DNA of 64,000 nucleotides from Escherichia coli (GTDB lineage Bacteria; Pseudomonadota; Gammaproteobacteria; Enterobacterales; Enterobacteriaceae): NCBI RefSeq assembly GCF_046105845.1, contig NZ_CP151004.1; one strand, 5' to 3'. Shown piece by piece: positions 13,888 to 31,295 of this stretch (position 1 is its first letter; each line of letters starts with the position of its first letter). The notes under the pieces were generated by a model. It saw only the letters and a program-made list of their open reading frames with translations, ran no database searches and was not told where the DNA came from. The position numbers and the translations under genes were made by a program.

Positions 13888-15429
13888 ATGCAACTGAATT
13901 CCACCGAAATCAGCGAACTGATCAAGCAGCGCATTGCTCAGTTCAATGTTGTGAGTGAAGCTCACAACGAAGGTACTATTGTTTCTGTAAGTGACGGTGT
14001 TATCCGCATTCACGGCCTGGCCGATTGTATGCAGGGTGAAATGATCTCCCTGCCGGGTAACCGTTACGCTATCGCACTGAACCTCGAGCGCGACTCTGTA
14101 GGTGCGGTTGTTATGGGGCCGTACGCTGACCTTGCCGAAGGCATGAAAGTTAAGTGTACTGGCCGTATCCTGGAAGTTCCGGTTGGCCGTGGCCTGCTGG
14201 GCCGTGTGGTTAACACTCTGGGTGCACCAATCGATGGTAAAGGTCCGCTGGATCACGACGGCTTCTCTGCTGTAGAAGCAATCGCTCCGGGCGTTATCGA
14301 ACGTCAGTCCGTAGATCAGCCGGTACAGACCGGTTATAAAGCCGTTGACTCCATGATCCCAATCGGTCGTGGTCAGCGTGAATTGATCATCGGTGACCGT
14401 CAGACCGGTAAAACCGCACTGGCTATCGATGCCATCATCAACCAGCGCGATTCCGGTATCAAATGTATCTATGTCGCTATCGGCCAGAAAGCGTCCACCA
14501 TTTCTAACGTGGTACGTAAACTGGAAGAGCACGGCGCACTGGCTAACACCATCGTTGTGGTAGCAACCGCGTCTGAATCCGCTGCACTGCAATACCTGGC
14601 ACCGTACGCTGGTTGCGCAATGGGCGAATACTTCCGTGACCGCGGTGAAGATGCGCTGATCATTTACGATGACCTGTCTAAACAGGCTGTTGCTTACCGT
14701 CAGATCTCCCTGCTGCTCCGTCGTCCGCCAGGACGTGAAGCATTCCCGGGCGACGTATTCTACCTCCACTCTCGTCTGCTGGAGCGTGCTGCGCGTGTTA
14801 ACGCCGAATACGTTGAAGCCTTCACCAAAGGTGAAGTGAAAGGGAAAACCGGTTCTCTGACTGCGCTGCCGATTATCGAAACTCAGGCGGGTGACGTTTC
14901 TGCGTTCGTTCCAACCAACGTAATCTCCATTACCGATGGTCAGATCTTCCTGGAAACCAACCTGTTCAACGCCGGTATTCGTCCTGCGGTTAACCCGGGT
15001 ATTTCCGTATCCCGTGTTGGTGGTGCAGCACAGACCAAGATCATGAAAAAACTGTCCGGTGGTATCCGTACCGCTCTGGCACAGTATCGTGAACTGGCAG
15101 CGTTCTCTCAGTTTGCATCCGACCTTGACGATGCAACACGTAAGCAGCTTGACCACGGTCAGAAAGTGACCGAACTGCTGAAACAGAAACAGTATGCGCC
15201 GATGTCCGTAGCGCAACAGTCTCTGGTTCTGTTCGCAGCAGAACGTGGTTACCTGGCGGATGTTGAACTGTCGAAAATCGGCAGCTTCGAAGCCGCTCTG
15301 CTGGCTTACGTCGACCGTGATCACGCTCCGTTGATGCAAGAGATCAACCAGACCGGTGGCTACAACGACGAAATCGAAGGCAAGCTGAAAGGCATCCTCG
15401 ATTCCTTCAAAGCAACCCAATCCTGGTAA
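13888..15429 (+). CDS. atpA: F0F1 ATP synthase subunit alpha, 513 aa
   Basis: ORF-track protein with Walker A GDRQTGKT. Confidence 0.97.
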
Positions 15430-15479
15430 CGTCTGGCGGCTTGCCTTAGGGCAGGCCGCAAGGCATTGAGGAGAAGCTC

Positions 15480-17752
<2,273 letters not shown>

Positions 17753-17772
17753 CGCCTTAATCGGAGGGTGAT

Positions 17773-18192
17773 ATGGCAATGACTTACCACCTGGACGTCG
17801 TCAGTGCAGAGCAACAAATGTTCTCTGGTCTGGTCGAGAAAATCCAGGTAACGGGTAGCGAAGGTGAACTGGGGATCTACCCTGGCCACGCACCGCTGCT
17901 CACCGCCATTAAGCCTGGTATGATTCGCATCGTGAAACAGCACGGTCACGAAGAGTTTATCTATCTGTCTGGCGGCATTCTTGAAGTGCAGCCTGGCAAC
18001 GTGACCGTTCTGGCCGACACCGCAATTCGCGGCCAGGATCTCGACGAAGCGCGAGCCATGGAAGCGAAACGTAAGGCTGAAGAGCACATTAGCAGCTCTC
18101 ACGGCGACGTAGATTACGCTCAGGCGTCTGCGGAACTGGCCAAAGCGATCGCGCAGCTGCGCGTTATCGAGTTGACCAAAAAAGCGATGTAA
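17773..18192 (+). CDS. atpC: F0F1 ATP synthase subunit epsilon, 139 aa
   Basis: ORF-track protein [43 protein letters not shown]... Confidence 0.96.
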
Positions 18193-18212
18193 CACCGGCT
18201 TGAAAAGCACAA

Positions 18213-18246
18213 AAGCCAGTCTGGTAACAGGCTGGCTTTTTTTTAC
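18213..18246 (+). terminator. Rho-independent terminator of the atp operon
   Basis: Stem AGCCAGTCTGG / loop / AGGCTGGCT followed by a run of eight T. Confidence 0.7.
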
Positions 18247-18544
18247 GCGTATTGACCCGTCCTGAAGAGCGTTCACATAGATCCTGCTGATATAAAACCC
18301 CCTGTTTTCCCGTTTATTCATTGATCGAAATAAGAGCAAAAACATCCACCTGACGCTTAAATGAAGGTATTGCCTTAATTTTCTGCAGACAAAAGGCGTG
18401 ACGATGGTCGAAAATGGCGCTTTCGTCAGCGGGGATAATCCGTTATTGAACAATTTATCCTCTGTCCATTTCACGATGAAAAAAATGTAGTTTTTTCAAG
18501 GTGAAGCGGTTTAAATTCGTTCTCAAATTACAGTCAGGACGCGT

Positions 18545-19915
18545 ATGTTGAATAATGCTATGAGCGTAGTGATCCTTGCCGCAGGCAAAGGCACGCGCAT
18601 GTATTCCGATCTTCCGAAAGTGCTGCATACCCTTGCCGGGAAAGCGATGGTTCAGCATGTCATTGATGCTGCGAATGAATTAGGCGCAGCGCACGTTCAC
18701 CTGGTTTACGGTCACGGCGGCGATCTGCTTAAACAGGCGCTGAAAGATGACAACCTGAACTGGGTGCTTCAGGCAGAACAGCTGGGTACAGGTCATGCGA
18801 TGCAGCAGGCCGCACTTTTCTTTGCCGATGATGAAGACATTTTAATGCTCTACGGCGACGTGCCGCTGATCTCTGTCGAAACACTCCAGCGCCTGCGTGA
18901 TGCTAAACCGCAGGGTGGCATTGGTCTGCTGACGGTAAAACTGGATGATCCGACCGGTTATGGACGTATCACCCGTGAAAACGGCAAAGTTACCGGCATT
19001 GTTGAGCACAAAGACGCCACCGACGAGCAGCGTCAGATTCAGGAGATCAACACCGGCATTCTGATTGCCAACGGCGCAGATATGAAACGCTGGCTGGCGA
19101 AGCTGACCAACAATAACGCTCAGGGTGAATACTACATCACCGACATTATTGCGCTGGCGTATCAGGAAGGGCGTGAAATCGTCGCCGTTCATCCGCAACG
19201 TTTAAGCGAAGTAGAAGGCGTGAATAACCGCCTGCAACTCTCCCGACTGGAGCGCGTTTACCAGTCCGAACAGGCTGAAAAACTGCTGTTAGCAGGCGTT
19301 ATGCTGCGCGATCCGGCGCGTTTTGATCTGCGCGGTACGCTTACTCACGGGCGCGATGTTGAAATTGATACTAACGTTATCATCGAGGGCAACGTGACTC
19401 TCGGTCATCGCGTGAAAATCGGCACCGGTTGCGTGATTAAAAACAGCGTGATTGGCGATGATTGCGAAATTAGCCCGTATACCGTTGTGGAAGATGCGAA
19501 TCTGGCAGCGGCCTGTACCATTGGCCCGTTTGCCCGTCTGCGTCCTGGTGCTGAGTTGCTGGAAGGTGCACACGTCGGTAACTTCGTTGAGATGAAAAAA
19601 GCGCGTCTGGGTAAAGGCTCGAAAGCTGGTCATCTGACTTACCTGGGCGATGCGGAAATTGGCGATAACGTTAACATCGGCGCGGGAACCATTACCTGCA
19701 ACTACGATGGTGCGAATAAATTTAAGACCATTATCGGTGACGATGTGTTTGTCGGTTCCGACACTCAGCTGGTGGCCCCGGTTACAGTAGGCAAAGGCGC
19801 GACCATTGCTGCGGGTACAACTGTGACGCGTAATGTCGGCGAAAACGCCCTGGCGATCAGCCGTGTGCCGCAGACTCAAAAAGAAGGCTGGCGTCGTCCG
19901 GTAAAGAAAAAGTAA
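18545..19915 (+). CDS. glmU: Bifunctional GlcNAc-1-P uridylyltransferase / GlcN-1-P acetyltransferase GlmU, 456 aa
   Basis: ORF-track protein [28 protein letters not shown]... plus C-terminal hexapeptide-repeat region. Confidence 0.96.
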   Translation: MLNNAMSVVILAAGKGTRMYSDLPKVLHTLAGKAMVQHVIDAANELGAAHVHLVYGHGGDLLKQALKDDNLNWVLQAEQLGTGHAMQQAALFFADDEDILMLYGDVPLISVETLQRLRDAKPQGGIGLLTVKLDDPTGYGRITRENGKVTGIVEHKDATDEQRQIQEINTGILIANGADMKRWLAKLTNNNAQGEYYITDIIALAYQEGREIVAVHPQRLSEVEGVNNRLQLSRLERVYQSEQAEKLLLAGVMLRDPARFDLRGTLTHGRDVEIDTNVIIEGNVTLGHRVKIGTGCVIKNSVIGDDCEISPYTVVEDANLAAACTIGPFARLRPGAELLEGAHVGNFVEMKKARLGKGSKAGHLTYLGDAEIGDNVNIGAGTITCNYDGANKFKTIIGDDVFVGSDTQLVAPVTVGKGATIAAGTTVTRNVGENALAISRVPQTQKEGWRRPVKKK

Positions 19916-20076
19916 TTCTGGCCGGGAAATCCGGTCATATGGGATGAGGAGATAACATAATCTCCCGCCCACAAGCAGTAACTATAAAAATAACCCCACT
20001 CTCTACAAGGCTCGGGGTGCCCGAAAAAACGGGCATACAGGTTGACCGACAACGATATAAATCGGAATCAAAAACT

Positions 20077-21906
20077 ATGTGTGGAATTGTTGGCGCGATC
20101 GCGCAACGTGATGTAGCAGAAATCCTTCTTGAAGGTTTACGTCGTCTTGAATACCGCGGATATGACTCTGCCGGTCTGGCCGTTGTTGATGCAGAAGGTC
20201 ATATGACCCGCCTGCGTCGCCTCGGTAAAGTCCAGATGCTGGCTCAGGCAGCGGAAGAACATCCTCTGCATGGCGGCACCGGTATTGCTCATACTCGCTG
20301 GGCGACCCACGGTGAACCTTCAGAAGCTAACGCGCATCCGCATGTTTCTGAACACATTGTGGTGGTGCATAACGGCATCATCGAAAACCATGAACCGCTG
20401 CGTGAAGAGTTAAAAGCGCGTGGCTATACCTTCGTTTCTGAAACCGACACCGAAGTGATTGCCCATCTGGTGAACTGGGAGCTGAAACAAGGCGGTACTC
20501 TGCGTGAGGCTGTTCTGCGTGCTATCCCGCAACTGCGTGGTGCGTACGGTACAGTGATCATGGACTCCCGTCATCCGGATACCCTGCTGGCGGCACGTTC
20601 TGGTAGTCCGCTGGTGATTGGCCTGGGCATGGGCGAAAACTTTATCGCTTCTGACCAGCTGGCGCTGTTGCCAGTGACTCGTCGCTTTATCTTCCTTGAA
20701 GAGGGCGATATTGCGGAAATCACTCGCCGTTCGGTAAACATCTTCGATAAAACTGGCGCGGAAGTAAAACGTCAGGATATCGAATCCAATCTGCAATATG
20801 ACGCGGGCGATAAAGGTATTTACCGCCACTATATGCAGAAAGAGATCTACGAACAGCCGAACGCGATCAAAAACACCCTTACCGGGCGCATCAGCCACGG
20901 TCAGGTAGATTTAAGCGAGCTGGGACCAAATGCCGACGAACTGCTGTCGAAGGTTGAGCATATTCAGATCCTCGCCTGTGGTACTTCTTATAACTCCGGT
21001 ATGGTTTCCCGTTACTGGTTTGAATCGCTGGCAGGTATTCCGTGCGACGTCGAAATCGCCTCTGAATTCCGCTATCGCAAATCTGCCGTGCGCCGTAACA
21101 GCCTGATGATCACCTTGTCACAGTCTGGCGAAACCGCGGATACCCTGGCTGGCCTGCGTCTGTCGAAAGAGCTGGGTTACCTTGGTTCACTGGCAATCTG
21201 TAACGTTCCGGGTTCTTCGCTGGTACGCGAATCCGATCTGGCGCTAATGACCAACGCGGGTACAGAAATCGGCGTGGCATCCACTAAAGCATTCACCACT
21301 CAGTTAACTGTGCTGTTGATGCTGGTGGCGAAGCTGTCTCGCCTGAAAGGTCTGGATGCTTCCATTGAACATGACATCGTGCATGGTCTGCAGGCGCTGC
21401 CGAGCCGTATTGAGCAGATGCTGTCTCAGGACAAACGCATTGAAGCACTGGCAGAAGATTTCTCTGACAAACATCACGCGCTGTTCCTGGGCCGTGGCGA
21501 TCAGTACCCAATCGCGCTAGAAGGCGCATTGAAGCTGAAAGAGATCTCTTACATTCACGCTGAAGCCTACGCTGCAGGCGAACTGAAACACGGTCCGCTG
21601 GCGCTGATTGATGCCGATATGCCGGTTATCGTCGTTGCACCGAACAACGAATTGCTGGAAAAACTGAAATCCAACATTGAAGAAGTTCGCGCGCGTGGCG
21701 GTCAGTTGTATGTCTTCGCCGATCAGGATGCGGGTTTTGTAAGTAGCGATAACATGCACATCATCGAGATGCCGCATGTGGAAGAGGTGATTGCACCGAT
21801 CTTCTACACCGTTCCGCTGCAGCTGCTGGCTTACCACGTCGCGCTGATCAAAGGCACCGACGTTGACCAGCCGCGTAACCTGGCAAAATCGGTTACGGTT
21901 GAGTAA
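20077..21906 (+). CDS. glmS: Glutamine-fructose-6-phosphate aminotransferase GlmS, 609 aa
   Basis: Start trimmed to the ATG giving [12 protein letters not shown] (catalytic Cys right after Met; track ORF starts 60 nt upstream); ends ...NLAKSVTVE. Confidence 0.96.
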   Translation: MCGIVGAIAQRDVAEILLEGLRRLEYRGYDSAGLAVVDAEGHMTRLRRLGKVQMLAQAAEEHPLHGGTGIAHTRWATHGEPSEANAHPHVSEHIVVVHNGIIENHEPLREELKARGYTFVSETDTEVIAHLVNWELKQGGTLREAVLRAIPQLRGAYGTVIMDSRHPDTLLAARSGSPLVIGLGMGENFIASDQLALLPVTRRFIFLEEGDIAEITRRSVNIFDKTGAEVKRQDIESNLQYDAGDKGIYRHYMQKEIYEQPNAIKNTLTGRISHGQVDLSELGPNADELLSKVEHIQILACGTSYNSGMVSRYWFESLAGIPCDVEIASEFRYRKSAVRRNSLMITLSQSGETADTLAGLRLSKELGYLGSLAICNVPGSSLVRESDLALMTNAGTEIGVASTKAFTTQLTVLLMLVAKLSRLKGLDASIEHDIVHGLQALPSRIEQMLSQDKRIEALAEDFSDKHHALFLGRGDQYPIALEGALKLKEISYIHAEAYAAGELKHGPLALIDADMPVIVVAPNNELLEKLKSNIEEVRARGGQLYVFADQDAGFVSSDNMHIIEMPHVEEVIAPIFYTVPLQLLAYHVALIKGTDVDQPRNLAKSVTVE

Positions 21907-21920
21907 TCTCCATCGTTGAT

Positions 21921-21952
21921 AAAAAAGGGCTGCCGACCGGCGGCCCTTTTTC
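21921..21952 (+). terminator. Putative glmS terminator
   Basis: Hairpin GGGCTGCCG / CGGCGGCCC followed by TTTTTC. Confidence 0.5.
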
Positions 21953-22213
21953 ATAAGTGATATCAATAAATTCATTATTCATATACCCATCGATATAAAT
22001 ATATTCTGAATTATTATTAATGTCTGATAATAAACTTGATTTTTTGCTGTTTTAATAATATTTAAATAATTAATTTATATTAAAATGCGACCAATTAATA
22101 TTATTTTTAGATAAAATAATCTCTTTGATGTACTATGCCTTTGAATCAAAAAGGTACTTATTAATATAGGTGATGATTCATGGTAAAGGATATATTATAT
22201 CAATGGAGTTTTT

Positions 22214-22786
22214 ATGAAGCGTAATATTATAGGCGGTGCATTCACTCTGGCATCTCTAATGCTGGCCGGGAATGCACTGGCAGAAGATGGTGTTGTTCAC
22301 TTCGTCGGTGAAATTGTCGACACTACTTGTGAAGTTACCTCCGATACAGCCGATCAAATTGTCCCACTGGGTAAAGTCAGTAAAAATGCATTTTCAGGTG
22401 TAGGTAGTCTGGCGTCACCACAGCAGTTCAGTATTAAGCTTGAAAAGTGCCCGGCAACCTACACTCAGGCAGCCGTTCGTTTTGATGGTACAGAAGCGCC
22501 TGGCGGCGACGGCGACCTGAAAGTGGGTACGCCGCTTACAGCGGGCAACCCTGGCGATTTTACCGGTACAGGACAAGCGATTGCGGCAACGGGTGTCGGT
22601 ATTCGTATTTTTAACCAGTCAGATAACTCGCAGGTTAAACTTTATAACGATTCTGCCTATACCGCTATCGACGCTGAAGGCAAGGCTGAAATGAAGTTTA
22701 TTGCACGCTATGTGGCAACCAATGCAACCGTAACGGCGGGTACGGCGAACGCCGATTCACAATTTACTGTCGAATATAAGAAATAA
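22214..22786 (+). CDS. lpfA: Major fimbrial subunit (lpfA-type), 190 aa
   Basis: ORF-track protein with N-terminal signal peptide MKRNIIGGAFTLASLMLAGNALA and fimbrial-subunit-like C-terminus; first gene after a very AT-rich leader; locus position between glmS and pstS matches the lpf locus (memory). Confidence 0.8.
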   Translation: MKRNIIGGAFTLASLMLAGNALAEDGVVHFVGEIVDTTCEVTSDTADQIVPLGKVSKNAFSGVGSLASPQQFSIKLEKCPATYTQAAVRFDGTEAPGGDGDLKVGTPLTAGNPGDFTGTGQAIAATGVGIRIFNQSDNSQVKLYNDSAYTAIDAEGKAEMKFIARYVATNATVTAGTANADSQFTVEYKK

Positions 22787-22833
22787 TTTATCAAGGGCCT
22801 TTTTATTCAGTTGGCTTTGGCCAGGGAGTCGTT

Positions 22834-23565
22834 ATGTCCAGAAAAAGTTGTTTAATCAGGCTCTTTAAAACAACCGTTTCATGTAAGTTATTTACCGCGA
22901 TTATACTCAGTGTTTTTTTAGTCCAACCAGCATTAACCTATGCAGGCGTTGTCATTGGTGGTACACGGGTGGTTTACTTAAGTAATAACCCAGATAAATC
23001 TATTTCTGTATTTAGCAAGGAAGAAAAAATTCCTTATCTCATCCAGGCATGGGTAGATCCATTTAATAAAGAGGATAAAAGCAAAGCACCGTTTACCGTT
23101 ATTCCTCCGGTATCACGATTAGAACCCGCACAAGAAAAAGTATTACGCATTATTCATACCAAAGGTGTGTCATTGCCTGATGATCGCGAGTCAGTCTTCT
23201 GGCTGAATATTAAAAATATTCCGCCCTCTGCGAGCAACAAAGCGGCGAACTCACTGGAAATCGCAGTTAAAACGCGTATCAAGCTGTTCTGGCGACCGGC
23301 AAGCATTCGCCTGATTCCCGAAGATGCTGCACCGAAGGTGAAGTGGCACCGGGAAGGGCGAAATCTGATAGCAGAGAATCCCAACCCAATTCATATCAGT
23401 GTGATGGATGTCATTGTTGATGGTCATGATGTGCCACTCAACATGCTCCGTCCTTTTGAAACGCTCACGTTACCTTTACCTGCTAATTCTGCGGGAAGCC
23501 AAATGATTTGGCGATTTATTAATGATTACGGTGCAGTAAGTGACCCGATAAAAATGACGCTGTAA
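22834..23565 (+). CDS. lpfB: Periplasmic fimbrial chaperone (PapD-like), 243 aa
   Basis: ORF-track protein with signal peptide, size and position typical of a chaperone in a chaperone-usher operon. Confidence 0.8.
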   Translation: MSRKSCLIRLFKTTVSCKLFTAIILSVFLVQPALTYAGVVIGGTRVVYLSNNPDKSISVFSKEEKIPYLIQAWVDPFNKEDKSKAPFTVIPPVSRLEPAQEKVLRIIHTKGVSLPDDRESVFWLNIKNIPPSASNKAANSLEIAVKTRIKLFWRPASIRLIPEDAAPKVKWHREGRNLIAENPNPIHISVMDVIVDGHDVPLNMLRPFETLTLPLPANSAGSQMIWRFINDYGAVSDPIKMTL

Positions 23566-23589
23566 GCATGGCATAAGGATAGGCGTATT

Positions 23590-26112
23590 ATGGTCACAAC
23601 CAGAATTATGGTTGGCCTCACGGCAGGGACGTGTCTAATTTTCTCGCAAAACCTGATGGCCAATGTCAGTGTATTCAATCCGGCGCTTCTGGAAATCGAC
23701 CATCAATCCGGAGTCGATATTCGCCAGTTTAATCGGGCAAATCTTATGCCCCCAGGCATTTATAGCGTTGATATTTTTATCAACGGGAAAATGTTTGAAC
23801 GGCAGGAGGTTACATTTGTTCAGGATAACCCCGATGCTGATCTGCACGCCTGCTTTGTTGCCATTAAAAAAAAACTGACCTCCTTTGGCGTAAAAGTTGA
23901 TGCAGTGAAATCGCTCAATGAGGTGGATGAAACACTCTGTCTTGATCCTGCACCACGTATTGAAGGCTCATCCTGGCAGTTCGACAGCGATAAACTGCAA
24001 CTGAATATCTCCATACCCCAAGTCTACATGGACGCTATGGCTTACGATTACATAAGCCCCACGCGTTGGGATGAGGGGATTAATGCGCTCACCATCAACT
24101 ACGATTTTTCTGGCTCCCATACTCTACGTTCGGATTATGGTTCACAAGAGACAGATACCAGTTATCTCAATCTGCGCAATGGACTGAATATTGGGCCGTG
24201 GCGATTACGCAATTACAGCACCTTAAATACGACCGATGGCAGTGCAGAATACAACTCTATAAGCACCTGGATACAACGTGATATAGCTGCGTTAAGAAGC
24301 CAGATTATGATAGGTGATACGTGGACGGCGAGCGATATCTTCGACAGTACGCAAATTCGTGGCGCACGCTTGTATACCGATAACGATATGTTGCCTGCCA
24401 GCCAAAACGGATTTGCCCCCGTAGTGCGTGGGATTGCAAAGTCTAACGCCACTGTCATTATTCGCCAGAATGGCTACGTGATTTATCAGTCAGCCGTTCC
24501 ACAAGGTGCTTTTGAAATCACCGACCTCAACACCGCCAGTACAGGTGGCGATTTGGACGTAACCATCAAAGAAGAAGACGGTAGCGAACAACGATTCACC
24601 CAACCCTATGCTTCATTGGCGATTCTTAAACGTGAAGGTCAGACAGATGTTGATGTCAGCGTGGGGGAATTGCGCGATGAAGACGGATTTACCCCGGACG
24701 TCCTTCAGGCGCAGATACTTCATGGTTTTTCCCACGGAATCACTTTATATGGAGGTATGCAGGCTGCTGAAAAGTATGGTTCTGCCGCTTTAGGTGTCGG
24801 TAAAGATCTTGGCGCATTAGGCGCAATTTCTTTCGATGTGACACATGCTCGAGCGAAATTTAGCCATGATGATACGGAAACCGGTCAGTCTTATCGCTTT
24901 CTATATTCGAAACGCTTTGACGATACGGATACTAGCTTGCGCCTGGTTGGCTATCGTTACTCCACCGAAGGCTATTATAGTCTCAATGAATGGGCGTCGC
25001 GGCGCAACAGTCCTGATGATTTCTGGCAAACCGGTAACCGCCGCAGCCGTGTGGAAGGAACGTTAACGCAATCACTGGGCAGAGATTATGGCAACTTATA
25101 TCTGACATTAAGTCGCCAGCAGTACTGGCATACCGATGATGTTGAACGATTAATGCAATTTGGCTACAGCAGTAGCTGGAAGCGTCTCTCGTGGAACGTC
25201 TCCTGGAGTTATTCCAATACTGCCCGGCAGGGGACGGGGAACAACAATGCCAGTGATAACACCAGTGAGCAGATCTACATGCTCTCTTTATCTGTTCCTT
25301 TATCGGGCTGGTGGGGGAATAGTTACGCCACCTATTCTGTTTCGCAAAACGATAATTCCGGTAGCTCACATCAACTTGGACTCAGCGGTACGGCGCTGGA
25401 AAGAAATAACCTTTCCTGGAATTTAATGCAGTCCTATAACAGCCATGATGATGAGGTTGGCGGTAATATGTCCCTGACCTATGATGGCACTTATGGCACG
25501 GTGAACGGCAGCTATAACTACAGCCAAAATTCTCAGAGGCTGAATTATGGTATCAGAGGGGGAATTCTGGCTCACAGCGAAGGCGTAACGTTAAGCCAGG
25601 AGTTGGGGGAAACCATAGCTCTTGTTAAAGCACCAGGGGCTGCCGGGTTAGAAATAGACAATATGCGTGGTGCTGCGACGGACTGGCGTGGTTATACGGT
25701 CAAGACACAGCTAAACCCTTATGATGAAAACCGGGTAGCAATCAGCGATAACTATTTCTCGAAGTCGAATATAGAACTTGATAATACCGTCGTTACGATG
25801 GTTCCCACCCGTGGCGCGGTGGTTAAAGCAGAATTTGTTACCCACGTGGGCTATCGCGTACTCTTCAAAGTGGTGAATGCAAAAGGTAAGCCAGCACCTT
25901 TTGGCGCTATTGCTGCCGTACAAAATACAAGCTCTGCTGATTCAGGGATTGTCGGTGACCTGGGGGAGCTTTATCTCTCTGGCCTTCCTGAAAAGGGGCA
26001 AGTGATGCTCTCCTGGGGGGAAAATGCCGCCACTACATGCACCTTCGATTATTCACTTTCAATACCAGAAAGTGAAAGCGGCTTAATTGAACAAGGTGTG
26101 ACATGTCATTAA
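23590..26112 (+). CDS. lpfC: Fimbrial outer-membrane usher, 840 aa
   Basis: ORF-track 840-aa protein with signal peptide; size and position typical of an usher. Confidence 0.85.
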   Translation: MVTTRIMVGLTAGTCLIFSQNLMANVSVFNPALLEIDHQSGVDIRQFNRANLMPPGIYSVDIFINGKMFERQEVTFVQDNPDADLHACFVAIKKKLTSFGVKVDAVKSLNEVDETLCLDPAPRIEGSSWQFDSDKLQLNISIPQVYMDAMAYDYISPTRWDEGINALTINYDFSGSHTLRSDYGSQETDTSYLNLRNGLNIGPWRLRNYSTLNTTDGSAEYNSISTWIQRDIAALRSQIMIGDTWTASDIFDSTQIRGARLYTDNDMLPASQNGFAPVVRGIAKSNATVIIRQNGYVIYQSAVPQGAFEITDLNTASTGGDLDVTIKEEDGSEQRFTQPYASLAILKREGQTDVDVSVGELRDEDGFTPDVLQAQILHGFSHGITLYGGMQAAEKYGSAALGVGKDLGALGAISFDVTHARAKFSHDDTETGQSYRFLYSKRFDDTDTSLRLVGYRYSTEGYYSLNEWASRRNSPDDFWQTGNRRSRVEGTLTQSLGRDYGNLYLTLSRQQYWHTDDVERLMQFGYSSSWKRLSWNVSWSYSNTARQGTGNNNASDNTSEQIYMLSLSVPLSGWWGNSYATYSVSQNDNSGSSHQLGLSGTALERNNLSWNLMQSYNSHDDEVGGNMSLTYDGTYGTVNGSYNYSQNSQRLNYGIRGGILAHSEGVTLSQELGETIALVKAPGAAGLEIDNMRGAATDWRGYTVKTQLNPYDENRVAISDNYFSKSNIELDNTVVTMVPTRGAVVKAEFVTHVGYRVLFKVVNAKGKPAPFGAIAAVQNTSSADSGIVGDLGELYLSGLPEKGQVMLSWGENAATTCTFDYSLSIPESESGLIEQGVTCH

Positions 26113-26122
26113 AAGGATTTTT

Positions 26123-27193
26123 ATGAACAAGTATATTATACAGTGGTGCTTGACTGTTTTTATCTTCTCCTTTAGTGGTGCAACATTTGCGGCCCCAAAA
26201 GGTATCTGCACCTCAGATAATGGGGCCTTTCATAGCACACTTGATTTTTCCGGCTATCTGATTACGGCAGGCGAGAACAGAGTGGGAGAGACCTTTAATA
26301 AAACCGTGACAAATGGGGACTCTTATCCTGCTCACTGCCATTGTGATACAGGGAAAGTGGGGGAGTTTCCTTATATTTACTATACAGCGAGAATAAACGA
26401 GGCCTTAAGTTATGCGGGTGTTCGTTCTAATGTAAACTACTTTAATTTGAATCCTAATATGGATGTTGGAATATCGATAGACCTTCTCGGTGTAGGATAC
26501 ATTAATGCACCTTTTGAATACCATGCTAACAGGCCTACTGGAGGTTCATATAAATGTAGTCGCACGGACCCATTAAGTATTTCCAGTGGTGCAAAAGCAA
26601 TAATTTATTTTTATATTAAGAAGACTTTTGCTGGAAAGTTAATTGTCCCTGAAACTCTCGTGGCAAAATTGTACGGAACTATAAGCCGTGACACTCCGGT
26701 TGATTACTCACAACCTATGGCGGATGTTTATATTCGTGGCGATATCACTGCACCGCAAAGCTGTGAAATTAACAGTTTAAGACCCATTAATTTTGATTTT
26801 AAAGAAATTCCTGCAGCAGATTTTTCTTCGGTAGCTGGAAGTACCGTGACAACGCATAAAATTACCAAAACCGTCACCATTGAGTGTGAAAATTTAGGAA
26901 TACTAAATACTGATGATATCAGTACCTCTTTTTATGCTACCGAACCCAGTACTGACAACTCAATGGTCGTAACATCAAACCCGAACGTTGGGATTAAAAT
27001 TTATGATAAAAATAATAAGGAAATCAATGTTAACGGTGGTGAATTGCCGACAGATATGGGTAAATCAAACGTCTTTGGTGAAAAAGCCGGTAGCGTCACT
27101 TTTTCTGCTGCTCCTGCAAGCCTCACGGGGGCTCGCCCCGCGCCAGGAACATTTACCGCGACTGCAACGATAACAATTGAGATTGTACGCTAA
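26123..27193 (+). CDS. lpfD: Fimbrial minor subunit / tip adhesin-like protein, 356 aa
   Basis: ORF-track protein with signal peptide MNKYIIQWCLTVFIFSFSGATFA; last gene of the fimbrial operon. Confidence 0.7.
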   Translation: MNKYIIQWCLTVFIFSFSGATFAAPKGICTSDNGAFHSTLDFSGYLITAGENRVGETFNKTVTNGDSYPAHCHCDTGKVGEFPYIYYTARINEALSYAGVRSNVNYFNLNPNMDVGISIDLLGVGYINAPFEYHANRPTGGSYKCSRTDPLSISSGAKAIIYFYIKKTFAGKLIVPETLVAKLYGTISRDTPVDYSQPMADVYIRGDITAPQSCEINSLRPINFDFKEIPAADFSSVAGSTVTTHKITKTVTIECENLGILNTDDISTSFYATEPSTDNSMVVTSNPNVGIKIYDKNNKEINVNGGELPTDMGKSNVFGEKAGSVTFSAAPASLTGARPAPGTFTATATITIEIVR

Positions 27194-27334
27194 ACGAACT
27201 GACAGCGGTGTTCCTCACACCGTTGTCATCTTACGCATTTTTGTCCGCGAGTTTTCACTCTGCATGACAAAAAGATGACATTACTTTTCTTTTTCTTAGT
27301 CAATAAAATCAAAAAGTTAATTAATAATTCTGAT

Positions 27335-27375
27335 TTGTCATAAAACTGTCATAAACCTTACATATAACTGTCACC
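27335..27375 (+). promoter_or_regulatory. Pho boxes (PhoB binding sites) of the pstS promoter
   Basis: Direct repeats TTGTCATAAAACTGTCATA and CTTACATATAACTGTCACC read directly, about 70-100 bp upstream of pstS. Confidence 0.8.
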
Positions 27376-27422
27376 TGTTTGTCCTATTTTGCTTCTCGTA
27401 GCCAACAAACAATGCTTTATGA

Positions 27423-28481
<1,059 letters not shown>

Positions 28482-28485
28482 TAAA

Positions 28486-28530
28486 ACTCCAGGCCGGGTA
28501 CGGTGTTTTACGCCGCATCCGGCATTACAA
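28486..28530. repeat. REP (repetitive extragenic palindromic) element
   Basis: CCAGGCCGGGTACGGTGTTTTACGCCGCATCCGGCA, typical GCCGGATG...CGGC REP consensus, in the pstS-pstC spacer. Confidence 0.7.
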
Positions 28531-28564
28531 AATGACTTTGTAAACGCGTTTAACTGAAGAGTAA

Positions 28565-30417
<1,853 letters not shown>

Positions 30418-30420
30418 CAC

Positions 30421-30460
30421 TTTGCCGGATGCGGCGTAAACGCCTGATCCGGCCTACGGT
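30421..30460. repeat. REP element
   Basis: TTTGCCGGATGCGGCGTAAACGCCTGATCCGGCCTAC, classic REP sequence in the pstA-pstB spacer. Confidence 0.75.
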
Positions 30461-30468
30461 AAGCCTGA

Positions 30469-31281
<813 letters not shown>

Positions 31282-31295
31282 TTCAGGAGTGCGTT

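Noticed and set aside
13741-15420. 559-aa ORF on the minus strand, antisense to atpA
   Set aside because: It lies entirely inside the well-supported atpA coding region on the opposite strand. Long antisense ORFs are expected opposite highly expressed, codon-biased genes; it has no ribosome-binding site and the product is low-complexity.
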